Assembly (NCBI GenBank): GCA_030390025.1
Contig: CM059431.1
Coordinates: 152,336,001-152,400,000 of the forward strand
Source: Squalus acanthias
Taxonomy: Eukaryota
DNA: 64,000 nt
Direction of reading: 5' to 3'
Both the position numbers and the translations under genes were made by a program. The notes under the pieces were generated by a model. That model had not been told where the DNA came from. It did not search any database and saw only the letters and a program-made list of their open reading frames with translations. Positions within the stretch are counted from its first letter, which is position 1. Each line of letters starts with the position of its first letter. Shown here piece by piece: positions 13,300 to 25,555 of the stretch.

Positions 13300-16200
13300 T
13301 CAGTGGGTTTCACTTAACCTGGCAGGGAGATGGGCACCATCATGTAGGAGTAGAATAGAGCAATAAGGTGCATAAAATATTGCGTGTGTTGGAGAAGATA
13401 TTGTACGGGAGGCGGAAGTAACCATATTAGATAATAGCAGACTAAGAAATACTAGAAAAAATTCAAAAAATATTTTTGCATGCATGTACGTAAACGCACA
13501 AGCTGCGATGAATAAGTTTGGTGAGCTTTATGCAGAATTAGTCCTGTGGCAATATGATGTTGTGTCAATAATGGAAACGTGGCTTAACAACGGCGAGGAC
13601 AGGACGCTTAACATTCAAGGGTGCACGGTGTTCAGAAAAGATAGGGAAGGAAAAAAGGAGGTGGGGTGGCAGTGCTGATTAAGGAAGAATTTGTAGTGGT
13701 GGAAAGGGAGGATGTTTCTGAGGCGACAAGGACAGAATCCATTTTGTTAGAGTTGAGGAGCAACAAGGGTATGATCACGCTAATGGGGTATTCTGCAGGC
13801 CTCCAAATCTTGAGAGGAAGGTAGAGGAGCAATACTGCAGGTAAATCGCTGAGATATGCAAGAGCTATAGAGTGGTCATATTGGGCAACTTTAATTGCCA
13901 ACATATCGATTGGGATAATGCTCGGGTACAGGGAAATGTGGGGGAGGAATTTCTGAAATGTGTTCAGGAGATTTTCCTTGACCAGTATGTGTTTGGTCCA
14001 ACTAGGGAGGAGGCATTGCTGGATCTGGTGCTGCGGAATGAGGTGAGCCAGGTCGACCAAGTGACTGTGGGAGACCACTTGGATCCGATTGATTATCATA
14101 TCATAAGATTTAGATTAGCAATGGAACGGAGCAAGGAACAATCCAGATTGGAACTTCTAAAGTGGATTTGAGCTAACTTTAATGGTATGTGAAAAGTTCT
14201 AACCAGGGTAAGGCTGACAGGAAAATCTATAAGGGAACAATGGGTTAACTTTAAGGAGCATTTGTTCCAAATACAGGCTAGGTACATTCAAACAAGAGGG
14301 AAGGGTAAGGGAAGCAAAGCAATGGCTCCTTGGATGACGAGGGAGATAGAGAAGATGATGAATCAAAAAAAGAGGTTTTATGATGCATGTCAGGTGGATT
14401 CTTCAAGGAGGAAAGAGACCAAATAAAATTACTTCAGAGGGGAAGTGAAGATGAAAGTAAGATTGTCACAGAGAGAATATGAGAATAGAATAGCGGTTAA
14501 CATAAAATGGAGCCCAACAATCTTCTCCTGGCATGTAAATAGTAAGTGGGTAGGAAAAGGCGGGGTAGGGCCTATTAGATTCAAAGAAGGCGATATATGC
14601 TTAGAGGCGCAGGACAAGGCTAGAATACTCAGTGAGTACTTTGTATCGGTGTTTACTAAGGAGGTGGATTTTGACACAATATCGGTAGAAGTGGTAAAGT
14701 TATAAGCAATGGAAGGGCTGCGAATTGATAGACAGGATTTACTAGAAAGGCTGGGTATATTTATAGTGGAAAAGTCACCTGGTCCAGATAGTTTGCAACC
14801 CAGGTTGCTACGGGAATTGGGGGAGGAGATAGCGGAAGGTCTCGCCATAATTTTCCAGTCTTCCCTCGATGCAGGGGATGTGCCTCAGGATTGGTAAGTG
14901 GCAAATGTGACACCATTGTTCAAGAAAGCGTGTAAGTAAAATTCGAGTAACTAAAGGCCGGTCAGTTTAACACCAGTGGTGGGAAAAGATTTAGAATCAA
15001 TAATCAAGAAAAAAATTAACAGGCACTTACATAGAACATAGAACAAAGAACAGTACAGCACAGTACAGGCCCTTCGGCCCTCGATGTTGTGCCGAGCATT
15101 GTCCGAGACCAAGATCAAGCTATCACACTCCCTATCACTCTGGTGTGCTCCATGTGCTTATCCAATAATCGCTTGAAAGTTCCTAAAGTGTCCGACTCCA
15201 CTATCACAGCAGGCAGTCCATTCCACACCCCAACCACTCTCTGAGTAAAGAATCTCCCTCGGACATCCCTTCTATATCTCCCCCCATGCAGCTTATAGTT
15301 ATGCCCCCTTGTAACAGCTGCCTCTACCCGAGGAAATAGTCTCTGAACATCCACTCTATCTATCCCCCTCATCATCTTATAAACCTCTATTAAGTCGCCT
15401 CTCATCCTCCTCCGCTCTAAAGAGAAAAGCCCCAACTCCCTCAATCTTTCCTCATAAGACCTCCCCCCCAAACCAGGCAGCATCCTGGTTAATCTCCTTT
15501 GCACTCTTTCCAATGCTTCCACGTCCTTCCTATAGTGAGGTGACCAGAACTGCACACAATATTCCAAATGTGGTCTCACCAAGGTTCTGTACAGTTGCAG
15601 CATAACCTCACGGTTCTTAAACTCAAACCCTCTGTTAATAAACGCCAACACACCATAGGCCTTCTTTACTGCTCTATCCACTTGAGTGGCATCCTTCAGA
15701 GATCTGTGTATATGAACCCCCAGATCCCTCTGTTCCTCCACGTTCCTCAGAACCCTGCCGTTGACCCTGTAATCCTTATTCAAATTTGCCCTACCAAAAT
15801 GAATCACCTCGCACTTATCAGGGTTAAATTCCATCTGCCTTTTTTCGGCCCAGCTCTGCATCCTATCAATGTCTCTTTGCAGCCTACAACAGCCCTCCAC
15901 CTCATCCACTGCTCCACCAATCTTTGTGTCATCAGCAAATTTACTGATCCACCCTTCAGTCCCCTCCTCCAAGTCATCGATAAAAATCACAAACAGCAGA
16001 GGACCCAGCACCGACCCCTGTGGCACACCGCTGGTAACTGGTCTCCAGTCCGAAAATGTTCCATCCACCACCACCCTCTGCCTTCTATGAGATAGCCAGT
16101 TACTTCTCCAATCGGCCAAATTTCCCTCTATCCCACAACTCCTTACTTTCTTCATGAGCCGACCATGGGGAACCTTATCAAACGCCTTACTAAAATCCAT

Positions 16201-17145
16201 GTATACGACATCAACCGCTCTACCTTCATCCACACACTTAGTTACCTCCTCAAAGAATTCAATCAAATTTGTTAGGCAAGACTTACCCTTCACGAATCCG
16301 TGTTGACTATCCCTGATTAAGTTGCCCCTTTCCAAATGGTCATAAATCCTATCCCTCAGGACCTTTTCCATTATCTTACCAACCACCGAAGTAAGACTAA
16401 CCGGCCTATAATTACCAGGGTCATTCCTATTTCCTTTCTTGAAGAGAGGAACAACATTCGCCACTCTCCAGTCCTCTGGCACCATTCCCGTGGACAGTGA
16501 GGACCCAAAGATCAAAGCCAGAGGCTCTGCAATCTCCTCCCTTGCCTCCCAAAGAATCCTAGGATATATCCCATCTGGCCCAGGGGACTTATCGACCCTC
16601 AGGTTCTTCAAAATTGCTGAAACATCTTCCCTCAGAACATCTACCACCTCCAGCCTATCCACCTTTATCACACTCTCATCCTCAAGAACATGGCCCCTCT
16701 CCTCGGTGAACACTGACGAAAAGTATTCATTCATCACCTCTCCTATCTCTTCTGACTCCATGCACAAGTTCCCACTACTGTCCTTGACCGGCCCTACCCT
16801 CACCCTGGTCATTCTTTTATTTCTCACATAAGAGTAAAAGGCCTTGGGGTTTTTCTTGATCCGACCCGCCAAGGACTTCTCATGCCCCCTCCTAGTTCTC
16901 CTAAGCTCTTTTTTTAGCTCATTCCTTGCTACCTTGTACCCCTCAATCGACCCAACTGAACCTTGTTTTCTGATCACTTGGAGAGGTTTAAGTACATTAA
17001 GAAGTGCAAACACGGATTTGTAAAATGCTGATCGTGTTTGACTAATCTAATTGAATTTTTAAATGAAGTAACAGAGAGGATTGATGAAGGGAATGCATTG
17101 AATGTTGTCTACATAGATTTTCAGAAGGCGTTTGACAATGTACCA
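13300..17145 (+). mobile_element. Old CR1 LINE ORF2, split by a younger CR1 at 15029-16974
   Basis: APE motifs (MYVNA..., METWL, ALLDLVL) and KSPGPD.L.PRLLREL; resumes at 16975 and continues toward DFQKAFD; the uninterrupted paralog is at about 40500-42400. Confidence 0.82.
15029..16974 (-). mobile_element. Young 5'-truncated CR1 LINE with an intact RT reading frame
   Basis: Stop-free frame with NYRPVSL, QHGF, DFSKAFD, GVPQGSVLGP and FADD; (ttctatg)n-type tail at 15029-15050; flanked by the direct repeat CACTT (15024-15028, 16975-16979); no APE domain. Confidence 0.95.
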
Positions 17146-17445
17146 GAATGGTTCCGGGAATGGGGGATCTTATCTACAAGGACAGGTTGGAGAAGCAGGA
17201 TCTGTTTTCATTAGTGCAAAGGAGGTTGAGGCCTGATTTGATAGAGGTGTTCACGATTATGACGAGTTTGGATAGGCTAGCAATGATTACGTTCAGCCGG
17301 GGAAAGCAGCAGACATCTAACACCCGGCACAAAATGGAAGAAATGTTTCCTGATACCTGTTCATTTTCTTAACCATAATCTAATTTTCGTCACAACTGAA
17401 AGAACGTCATTCTAAAAGGGAACACAATCTGCAATTAAGCTCTAG

Positions 17446-18374
17446 TTAGGATAGGAAACTCGGGTTTGATCTTCCTATTTTCTTAACCAAGTTCCGAATC
17501 AATGTCCAGGGAGATTTCACTAATCTCACCAGCTCTTCCCTGAATTTGGTTTGGGTCGCTGCATAAATGCACGTGTTAGTACAGGAGCTCAAATACATGA
17601 GCATAAATCCGGTTGCAGATGCGATGTATGCAGGAGATGTATAATCGATTCGGTCATGAATGACCAGGGAGTTAATTAAATAACTAACGATAGATGTCAG
17701 CCACAACACTATAAAACTGCCCGTTACACTGAACAGTAAAATGATGGATTTCCTCCTGTTCACCATCTCTGGATCGCTCTGATTCTCACTGCTGTGTCCC
17801 CGGAGTCGCCTGCGGGCTCTACTGGCCACTAAAATACGTCTGACTGTCAAAAAATTAAACAGAAATATCAAAGCGAAAGGAAGCCATGCAATTAAAAAAC
17901 TTTCTAACCAGATGAATGCTGTACCAGCAGACGTGGTAAAAAAGCCCATTTTCAAGCGGCAACCCCAGTGAATATTGTTAATTATTCGTTCAGTTTCATA
18001 TGCAAACGAATAGGGGATATTGTCCAAACAGAGCAGAACAGAGACCGTTGTTAAGACGGCGGCCGCAGTTCTGACTGTGCAATATTTCATTTTAAACTTC
18101 TCACAACTTATCGCGACATAGCGGTCGAATGTGAAGGTGACGGTAAACCACACGGACATATCGAGGACAGCAGCATTCAAGTATATAAGCAACCTACAGA
18201 CGGCAGTGAAGTTGAGGAATGAATGTGGAAAGTGATATGTAAAAACGCGGTACAGCAACACATTGATGATCATGACCAGTAGATCTGCTGTAGCCATGGC
18301 CACCATGTAGACCGAGATACCTTTGGAAAGACCGCAGTTTCCTCCGGAGAGAATCACGATTGTCAGTAGGTTCG
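17446..18374 (-). CDS. GPR139/GPR142-like class A GPCR, coding exon 2
   Basis: Acceptor ctctttcttacag|CG; ANLLTIVIL (TM1), MATADLL (TM2), FTFDRYVAI (DRY), WLPFALI, SCTNTCIY (TM7); joins exon 1 in phase 1 to give 332 aa. Confidence 0.9.
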
Positions 18375-19272
18375 CTGTAAGAAAGAGGCACAAGCGGTCA
18401 GTAACGGGCACAATCGGATAAATCTCACACCATATTGTGGGGAAAAGTTCAGATGTGTCCCTGTACAGGCGGATTTTTATTTATATAGGCGATCGTTCAC
18501 GAAACGATTTTAAAAATAAACATTGAACACTCAATATAGAGGGACTGAAATTCCGCCGCCTTTCCCTGCAGACTTCAGACAGCCATCGTCAAATATGAAA
18601 TATAATTTCGCAGCAATTACTGCAAAGATATAAATTCAAACGAAACATACAGTTGAGAGAACATCATTGAATTTAGGTCGAAACTCTTCGCTTTTTCTAT
18701 GTACAATCGCCCTGGAGTGGGGTGGAGGACGGGCTTCGGGGGTGGGGGAGTGTGGGGGGGGGGGGGGGGAGTGGGGAGCGGTGGGGACTGGGAACTGCTC
18801 GATAACAGAGCAGGAGCTTGTGGAGACGCGAAGGTTCTTTGCAGCCGAGGGGAGTGGAGCAGCTCCCTGAGCGGCAACTGTTGCTCAAAGTATCTTTCAA
18901 AGTCCCCTGTTGGTTGGAGGTGGCTGCAGTTCGAGCAATTATCAACGAAAAATAAGCAGGGTACAAGTGTAAAACTGATGTGATTACTATCCACAAAAAG
19001 CAACACAGCCTGTACTGATCTCTATATTGTTGGAGGGGCCGGGATAGTCAGCTTCGCCCTCCCTCAGTAAAGGGAGGAAAGGCGAGCTTCCGGCACACAT
19101 GAGCTACCGACCAGCCTCACCAGCCGCGTGGACTGGTTCGATTCCCACTGAAATTCACCAACTTATCCCAATGGATAAGTGAATCTACAATGAGGACATT
19201 CTGGGAATCATTACATAATCATTAACACTGAGATAGTCAACAGCCATTAGACAACATGATTCACTGACTTAC

Positions 19273-19342
19273 CGGGAATGCCAAAGGCTGCGAGAGCAGG
19301 ATAGTAAATGATGCTGACCATTTGAATTGTTGGCAGTAACAT
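19273..19342 (-). CDS. GPR139/GPR142-like GPCR, coding exon 1
   Basis: ATG at 19342 reads MLLPTIQMVSIIYYPALAAFGIP plus G, followed by donor gtaagt; 70 nt; YY...G.PAN.LT matches the TM1 pattern of the GPR139 family. Confidence 0.88.
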
Positions 19343-19420
19343 TTTTTTAGAAGAATATGTGACTTCTGTCCTGCAGTATGGTTAGCGTCAGAGTGTTCAT
19401 GCGATCCATAAACACTCTCC

Positions 19421-19427
19421 ATTTATA
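19421..19427 (-). promoter_or_regulatory. Candidate TATA box of the GPCR gene
   Basis: TATAAAT on the minus strand about 80 bp upstream of the ATG; supported by position only. Confidence 0.35.
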
Positions 19428-19754
19428 GAAAACTCGGTGCCCCGGGGAGAATATTAGTCACACGACAATTGGCGTTAGTTACAGTCACTTAACCAACAAG
19501 GCAAGATTTTCCGCTTCAGTGTGCCTGGGACAACAAATTGGACTTTTTACAAATCCTTTCATGAAACTCCATCAATTCAAATAATTGAACGGGAACTCAT
19601 AGCAGAAGGAATGTACTGCGCACAAGCACCGTGATTCCCGAAGGGAACTGCCCACACGGGCACTGCGTTAGGTGACTGCTTCTTCGTAATAATTGGTGAA
19701 ATCTAAACTCATCCATTAGACAGTTAAATGTAGCTTTGCACCATGATGAAAAAT

Positions 19755-20700
19755 GGAGTTGACCCGAGTCTAACCTTACTGGTGGTGACGCAACTGTAAC
19801 CTCACTGGTGGTGACCCTACTCTAACATTACTGGTGGTGACTCTACTCAAACCTTACTGGTGGTGACCCTACTTTAACATTACTGGTAGTGAAGCTACTC
19901 TAAACTTAGTGGTGGTGACTCTACTCTCACCTTACTGGTGGTGACCCTACTTTAACATGGTGACTGTACTCTAACATTACTGGTGGTGAACCTGCTCTTA
20001 ACTAAGTGGTGGTGACTCTACACTAACATTACTGGTGGTGACACTACTATAACATTACTGATGATGACTGTACTCTAACATTACTGGTGAATACCCTACT
20101 CGAACATAACTGGTGATGACTCTACTCTAAGATTAATAGTGTTGTTCCTACTGCAATATTACTGTTTGTGACTTTGCTCTAACATTACTGTTGGTGACCC
20201 GAATCTAACATTACTGTTGGTGACCCTACATTACAATACTGCGGTGTCCCTACACTATCATTACTGGTGATGACCCTTCTCCAACATTAATGGTGGTGAC
20301 TCTACTCTATCACTACTGGTGGTCATGATGTGGACAAATGTGAGAAGTCGCACAACACCAGGTTATATTCCAACAGTTTTATTTGAAATCACAATCTTTC
20401 GGAGCGCTGCTCCTTCGTCAGGTGAAGTCTGATGAAGGAGCAGCGCTCCGAAAGCTTGTGATTTCAAAAAAAACTGTTGGACTATAACCTGGTGTTGTGC
20501 GACTACTGGTGGTGTCCATCCTCTAACATTATTGTTGGCGACTCTACTCCAACGTTACTGTGGATGACACTACAATATCATTTCTGATGATGACCGTGTT
20601 CCAACGTTACTGTTGGAGTGCTTTATCTGGTTTTATTTTATGTGACTCGACTGTAATGTTTTTCTGGAGATGATCCTTCTCTGGGTGTGCCCGTATTCTA
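19755..20700. repeat. 26-bp minisatellite (ttactggtggtgaccctactctaaca), decaying to the right
   Basis: actggtggtg recurs at 19804, 19830 and 19856; interrupted at about 20325-20504. Confidence 0.9.
20346..20504. mobile_element. Inverted pair of Penelope-type terminal-repeat fragments, each with a minimal hammerhead ribozyme core
   Basis: 76-bp arms (20346-20421 and 20429-20504) around a 7-bp spacer; each arm reads CTGAYGA-aggagc-agc-gctcc-GAAA. Confidence 0.75.
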
Positions 20701-21324
20701 TTAATATGTGTGGTGACTGCACGCTGCATCTACGTTCTGGTGATCGAGCTCCACCATTATTGGTGGCGATTTTGCGATCACATTATTTTTGCCAAGGCTC
20801 GAGGTTTGACTGGGCTTACTTGTATTAATATTTCTATGTTTCTAATCTATCGCATCATCCCTCAGCTCAAAGTTTACACATCTATAAATATGCTAGCTCT
20901 TTTCTGACATCTTTGAACAGCCTAACGTTACCTGTATTAAAGGTTTATGTCTTTATCAACTTGAGTTATGCCATATTTTCAGAATGAATTCCGTTTCCGC
21001 AGATATCTTTAATGCATGTTCCATATCGTCCACTGGTACGGCTTGATTCTGACTTACACCATCATTTATATTTTCAACCTAAGGAAAATATTATATAAAT
21101 AAACCATGCCTTCATCTTCCTCCATCATATCGGCACCGTCACTGCCCAGAAATCCTATCCGTTCTCTCACGGTATTTCCAGCGAAAGTTCCACTTTAGAT
21201 GGGGTTGTAAAAGTGGCCGTAGAGGATCGTCCGCCCATTAAACACCGCGCCCGATTTTACATTGTGATTGTCCAAAGCCATTTTCTGATCCTTCCGCAGT
21301 TGAAAATTATAAAAACACCTCACT

Positions 21325-21508
21325 GGGGATAATTCTAGCTTTCAGCGATTATGTAAAATGGCCGGTATAGAAATGTTCGCCTAAATTATGCCCCTCCCAA
21401 TTTTCCACTCCACTGAATTCAAAGCGAAGGAAAATCGACCTTGGTGTGTAACGAGCGGCCAATTCGGTATCGTTCATGTTGACCAACGCTCAAAGTTAAA
21501 ATCACCCC
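21325..21508. mobile_element. 184-bp MITE, PIF/Harbinger-like
   Basis: Imperfect TIRs GGGGATAATTCTAGCTTTCAGCG / GGGGTGATTTTAACTTTGAGCG and a 3-bp direct repeat ACT on both sides. Confidence 0.6.
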
Positions 21509-22182
21509 ACTATTTATATCAAACTTTATATCAAGAGCAGTGATGCCAATGACTATGGCAGATGAATCGATTCTCCATATATTAATTTTATTACTTCATT
21601 ACCTTGCGTAGATTGGCCAACTGCTTCATTGCTGCCAAATTTACTCAATACCCTGCATGGATTGAGCGTTTTTTTTTATTTTAGGGGACTGGTTTTTAGA
21701 TCGATATGTTTAGAAAGAAACTAATCAGTGTTTCTTGTATAATCAACTTTTCAGTTTTGAAATACAACATGATTAATTATATTAAAGTAAAGCACCACCG
21801 TTTACTGATGGCGTGCATTGTCTGCTTGGCAGTATAAGAAAATTCATTCATTAGATAATTTGCCTAGTGTTTATAATGGGTTTCCAATAAAATTGCAAAC
21901 CTCGTGAATTGCAATAAGTAAAAAAAAGGAAAAAAAGCTGCTGTCATAAATCAGAAGCAAAACCAGAAAATGTTGCAAACATTCATCATCTGTGGATAAA
22001 ACAGACACAACAACAATAACAAATTAAATTTCTACATCGACCATAACGTCGTAAAATGTCCCAAGGCGTTTCACAGGAGCGTCATCAGACAAGCATTTGA
22101 CACCGAGCCACATAAGGACATATTACCAAAAGCTTGGACCAAAAGGTCTTTCTGTCTGTCGCTCTCCTTCTCTCTGCTGTTC

Positions 22183-22240
22183 TCTGGAGTGGGACTTGAA
22201 CCCACAACCTTCTGACTCAGAGGCGAACATGTTACCGTCT
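22183..22240 (-). mobile_element. tRNA-derived SINE head fragment
   Basis: Reverse complement reads cgcctctgagtcagaaggttgtgggttcaagtcccactccaga; same family as the SINE at 60060-60310. Confidence 0.65.
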
Positions 22241-23149
22241 GAAAGTAAACCTCCTCTAGTTCCCTCTCAGAGGCCTTGGCATCATTGCTAAAGTGTGAAG
22301 TCCAGAATTAACCACAATACTACAGGTCTGGTGAAACCAGTGTTTTATGAAGGTTTAGCATTCCCCTCAATAGTCTCTCATCAGAGAGAAGAGATCTTCA
22401 CCCCTTGTGTCTGTTAAGCATTAAGACCATGTCCCAGATTTGAAAAATATATTTTGCTATTTTTAAGATTGGGTGCTTACACAACCGTGAATATAAATGT
22501 TCTTCTTGCAACTTCATCGAGTGCTCTTTGCACAACCCAATAAACACAATCACCAAAATCTGAAAAGCTATTGTTTGCACACAGCAAACATATCCCGTGG
22601 AGTTTGATGGTCATTTTCACATCCGAACTGCACACTGAGTCAAGCAGCAAAACCTCCAACATTTCTGCTGATTAAATATTGTCATCTGACGAATCACCAG
22701 AGGAGAACCAGAAAACCTGGGATGGTGCTTTAATACTGAGATAATATGATAATATTAAACTCATTGTGTAAGACTGCGATAACAATAAACCAGTTCACTA
22801 TTTGAAGGTTAAGAGTATTCTGGAGAATTGCAGCATTGTATTAATGAGGTAGGTTTTCATTTACCTGAGATCATTGGTCTGATTTTTGATTTTGCTGAAA
22901 AGTTTATGGAAGCTAATGCGATACCCAGTCCTAAAAAGGGATCACGTGTCCAATTCGGGTTCAGTCGATGCAGAGGGAGTCCACATCAATTTCAATACCT
23001 TAAAAGCTGATATTTATATGGAGGATCGACAATAACAATAGAATATAGGAAAGCTACGAGAGACTAACAGAGCAATAAATAAAGACATAGTACAATCAAA
23101 ATGGGCATTTTATAGGCACAATACTAATAAGAGGACATACGATTTAATA

Positions 23150-25555
23150 ATTTATATAAATGACCTGATCTTGGGTGTACAGGGCATCATTTCAGAGATT
23201 GCAAATGCCACGAAACTTTGAAATGTAGTAAACAGTGAGGAGGATAGTAACAGACTTCGAGAGGACACAGACTGGCGAAATGGGCAGACACAATGCATAT
23301 GGAATTTAATGCAGAAAAGTGTTAAGTGATTCATTTTGGATGGATGTAGGAGGAGAGGCAATATAAACTGAATGGGACAAATTAAATGAAGTGCAGGAAC
23401 AGAAAGGTGGAGTTACACAAATCTTTGAAGCTGGCAGGACAAGTCGATAAAGCTGTCAAAAAAGCATACGTGAATCGTTGGCTTTATAAATAGAAGCAGA
23501 GATTACAAAAGCAAGGATGTTATGGTAAAAATTTATAAAGCACAGGTTAGGTCTCAACTGGAGTTTTTTGTGCAGTTCTGGGCAGGTAAATTTAGGAAGG
23601 ATGCCAAGGCCTTAGAGAGGGTACAGAAAAGATTTAATGGAATGCTCCGAGGGATGAGGGACTTCAGTTGTACGGAGGGACTGGAGAAGCTGGGGCTGTT
23701 CTTCTTAAAAGAGGAAAGGTTAAGGGCAGGTTTAAACGAACAGTTCAAAATAATAAGGCGTTTTGCTCGATTAAATAAGGATAAACTGATGCCATTGGCA
23801 GGAGGATCGGTATGCAGAGGACACAGATTGACGGGAATTGGCATAAGAACCAGAGCGGGAGAAGATTTGATTTTTTTATGTAGCGAGCTGTTATGATTAT
23901 GATTGCACTGCCTGAAAGGGCGGTGGAAGCAAATTCAATAATAACCTTCAAAAGGGAGTTAGGTATATACTTCAAAGGGCGAAAAATGCAGGGCTATGTG
24001 GAAAGAGCAGCGGAGGAGTGGGATTTATTAGTCAGCTCTTTCAAAGAGCCGCCACACGCAGAATGGGCCGAATGGTCTCCTTCCGTGTATCCTGATTCTA
24101 ATATTGTATAAGATAACGGTGAGGCAATTCAGAGATGAAGGTGGAACGTTTTATAGTGGAGATCGAGGGCATTATTTCGACACGGAATGCATGATTCTCT
24201 GATTAGATGGTTCACGTGGGGTGATACATTCACACAATGCACTGATCGGGAAATTGAAGGGCCGAATGCCATGGGTCTATTGGTTAAAACGACAGAAAAT
24301 CATGGGCTGCCGGGACACGTGTACTGAAGCAATGGCCACTGACATTAAACAAATATATTGCCTCAGTTTCCACAGAGGTGCTGTTACTGGGTTTGGAGTG
24401 TAAATTGATGCATTTAGGAAGGAAGAATGAGGAGAGGCAATATAATCTAACTGGTCCAATTTAAATGAGGTGCAGGCACAGTGAGGTGGACGTACACACA
24501 TCCTTGGCAGGAGGATCGGTAAGCAGAGGACACAGATTTAAGATAAATTGTTTGCAGTGGCAGGAGAGTCAGTAACCAGAGGACACAGATTTCACGTAAA
24601 TGGCATAAGAACCAGAAGCAGTGAGTTGTTATGATCTAGACTGTACTGCCTGAAAGAGTGGTAGAAGCAGATTCAAGAACAACTTTCCAAAGCGGAACAA
24701 TTTGCATAGCTATGTGGAAAAGGCAAATGAATTGGATAGCTCTACCAAAAGAGCCGGCACGGGTGCAATGTCCCGAATGGCCTCCTTCTGTGCTGTATCA
24801 TTTCACGATTATATGAACATGCTTGATCAAGTGCATCGAGTACAGAGGGACCTGGGGGTGCATGTACATAAATCATTCATTCTGGCAGGGAAGTTCAAAA
24901 TGCTGTTCATAAAGCATATGGGATCCGTGACTTTATTAATAATGGAATGGAACACAAAAGCAAGGAAATTATGCTAAACTTTTATAAAGCACCACTTAGT
25001 ACTCAGCTGGATTATTGTGTTCAGTTTTGGGAAAAACACGTTCGGAAGGATTTCAAGTCCTTAGAGAGGGTGCAGAGGAGATTGACTAGAATGGTACCAG
25101 GGATGATGGATTTCAGTTATGTGGAGACTGGAGGGGCTGGGATGTTTCTCCTCGGAGCAGACGTGTTTGAGAAGAGATATGATAGAAGATTCCAAAACCA
25201 TGAAGGGTCTTGATAGAGTAAATAGGGAGAAACTCTTTCTAGTGGCAGGAGGATCAGTAAACAGAGGACACAGGTTTAAGGTGATTGGAAAAAGAACCAG
25301 AGGCGACATGAGGAAACATTTTTTGCACAGCGAGTTTTTGTGATCTGGAGTGCACTGCCTGAAAGGGTGTTGGAAGCACATTCAATAGTAACATTCAGAA
25401 TGGTATTGGTTAAATACTTGAAAGGAACAGCATTGCAGGGCTATGGGGAAAGAGCAGGGAAGTGGGACTAGTTGGATAACTCTGCCAAGGAGGAAGCACA
25501 GGCACGCTGGTTTGAATGGCCTCCTGCTGTGCTGTATCATTCCATGCTTCTATGA
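23150..25555 (+). mobile_element. Several tandem degenerate CR1 3' fragments
   Basis: QLEFFVQFW, LEKLGLF and QLDYCVQFW peptides; repeated gaatggcctcc..ctgtgctgt 3' UTR motifs. Confidence 0.8.

Noticed and set aside
15115..17013. 632-aa RT ORF as a domesticated gene or retron-like system
   Set aside because: It has a CR1 3' tail and a TSD, is 5'-truncated, and is absent from the paralogous block; this is an ordinary young LINE insertion.
18375..18411. ORF-track N-terminus MPVTDRLCLFLT of the GPCR
   Set aside because: It is intron sequence (polypyrimidine tract and AG); the real start is in exon 1 at 19342.
19038..19146. Iron-responsive element or HDV-like ribozyme
   Set aside because: The loop is CAGTAA, not CAGTGN, and lies antisense in an intron; I could not build the nested P1/P3/P1.1 pseudoknot on either strand.
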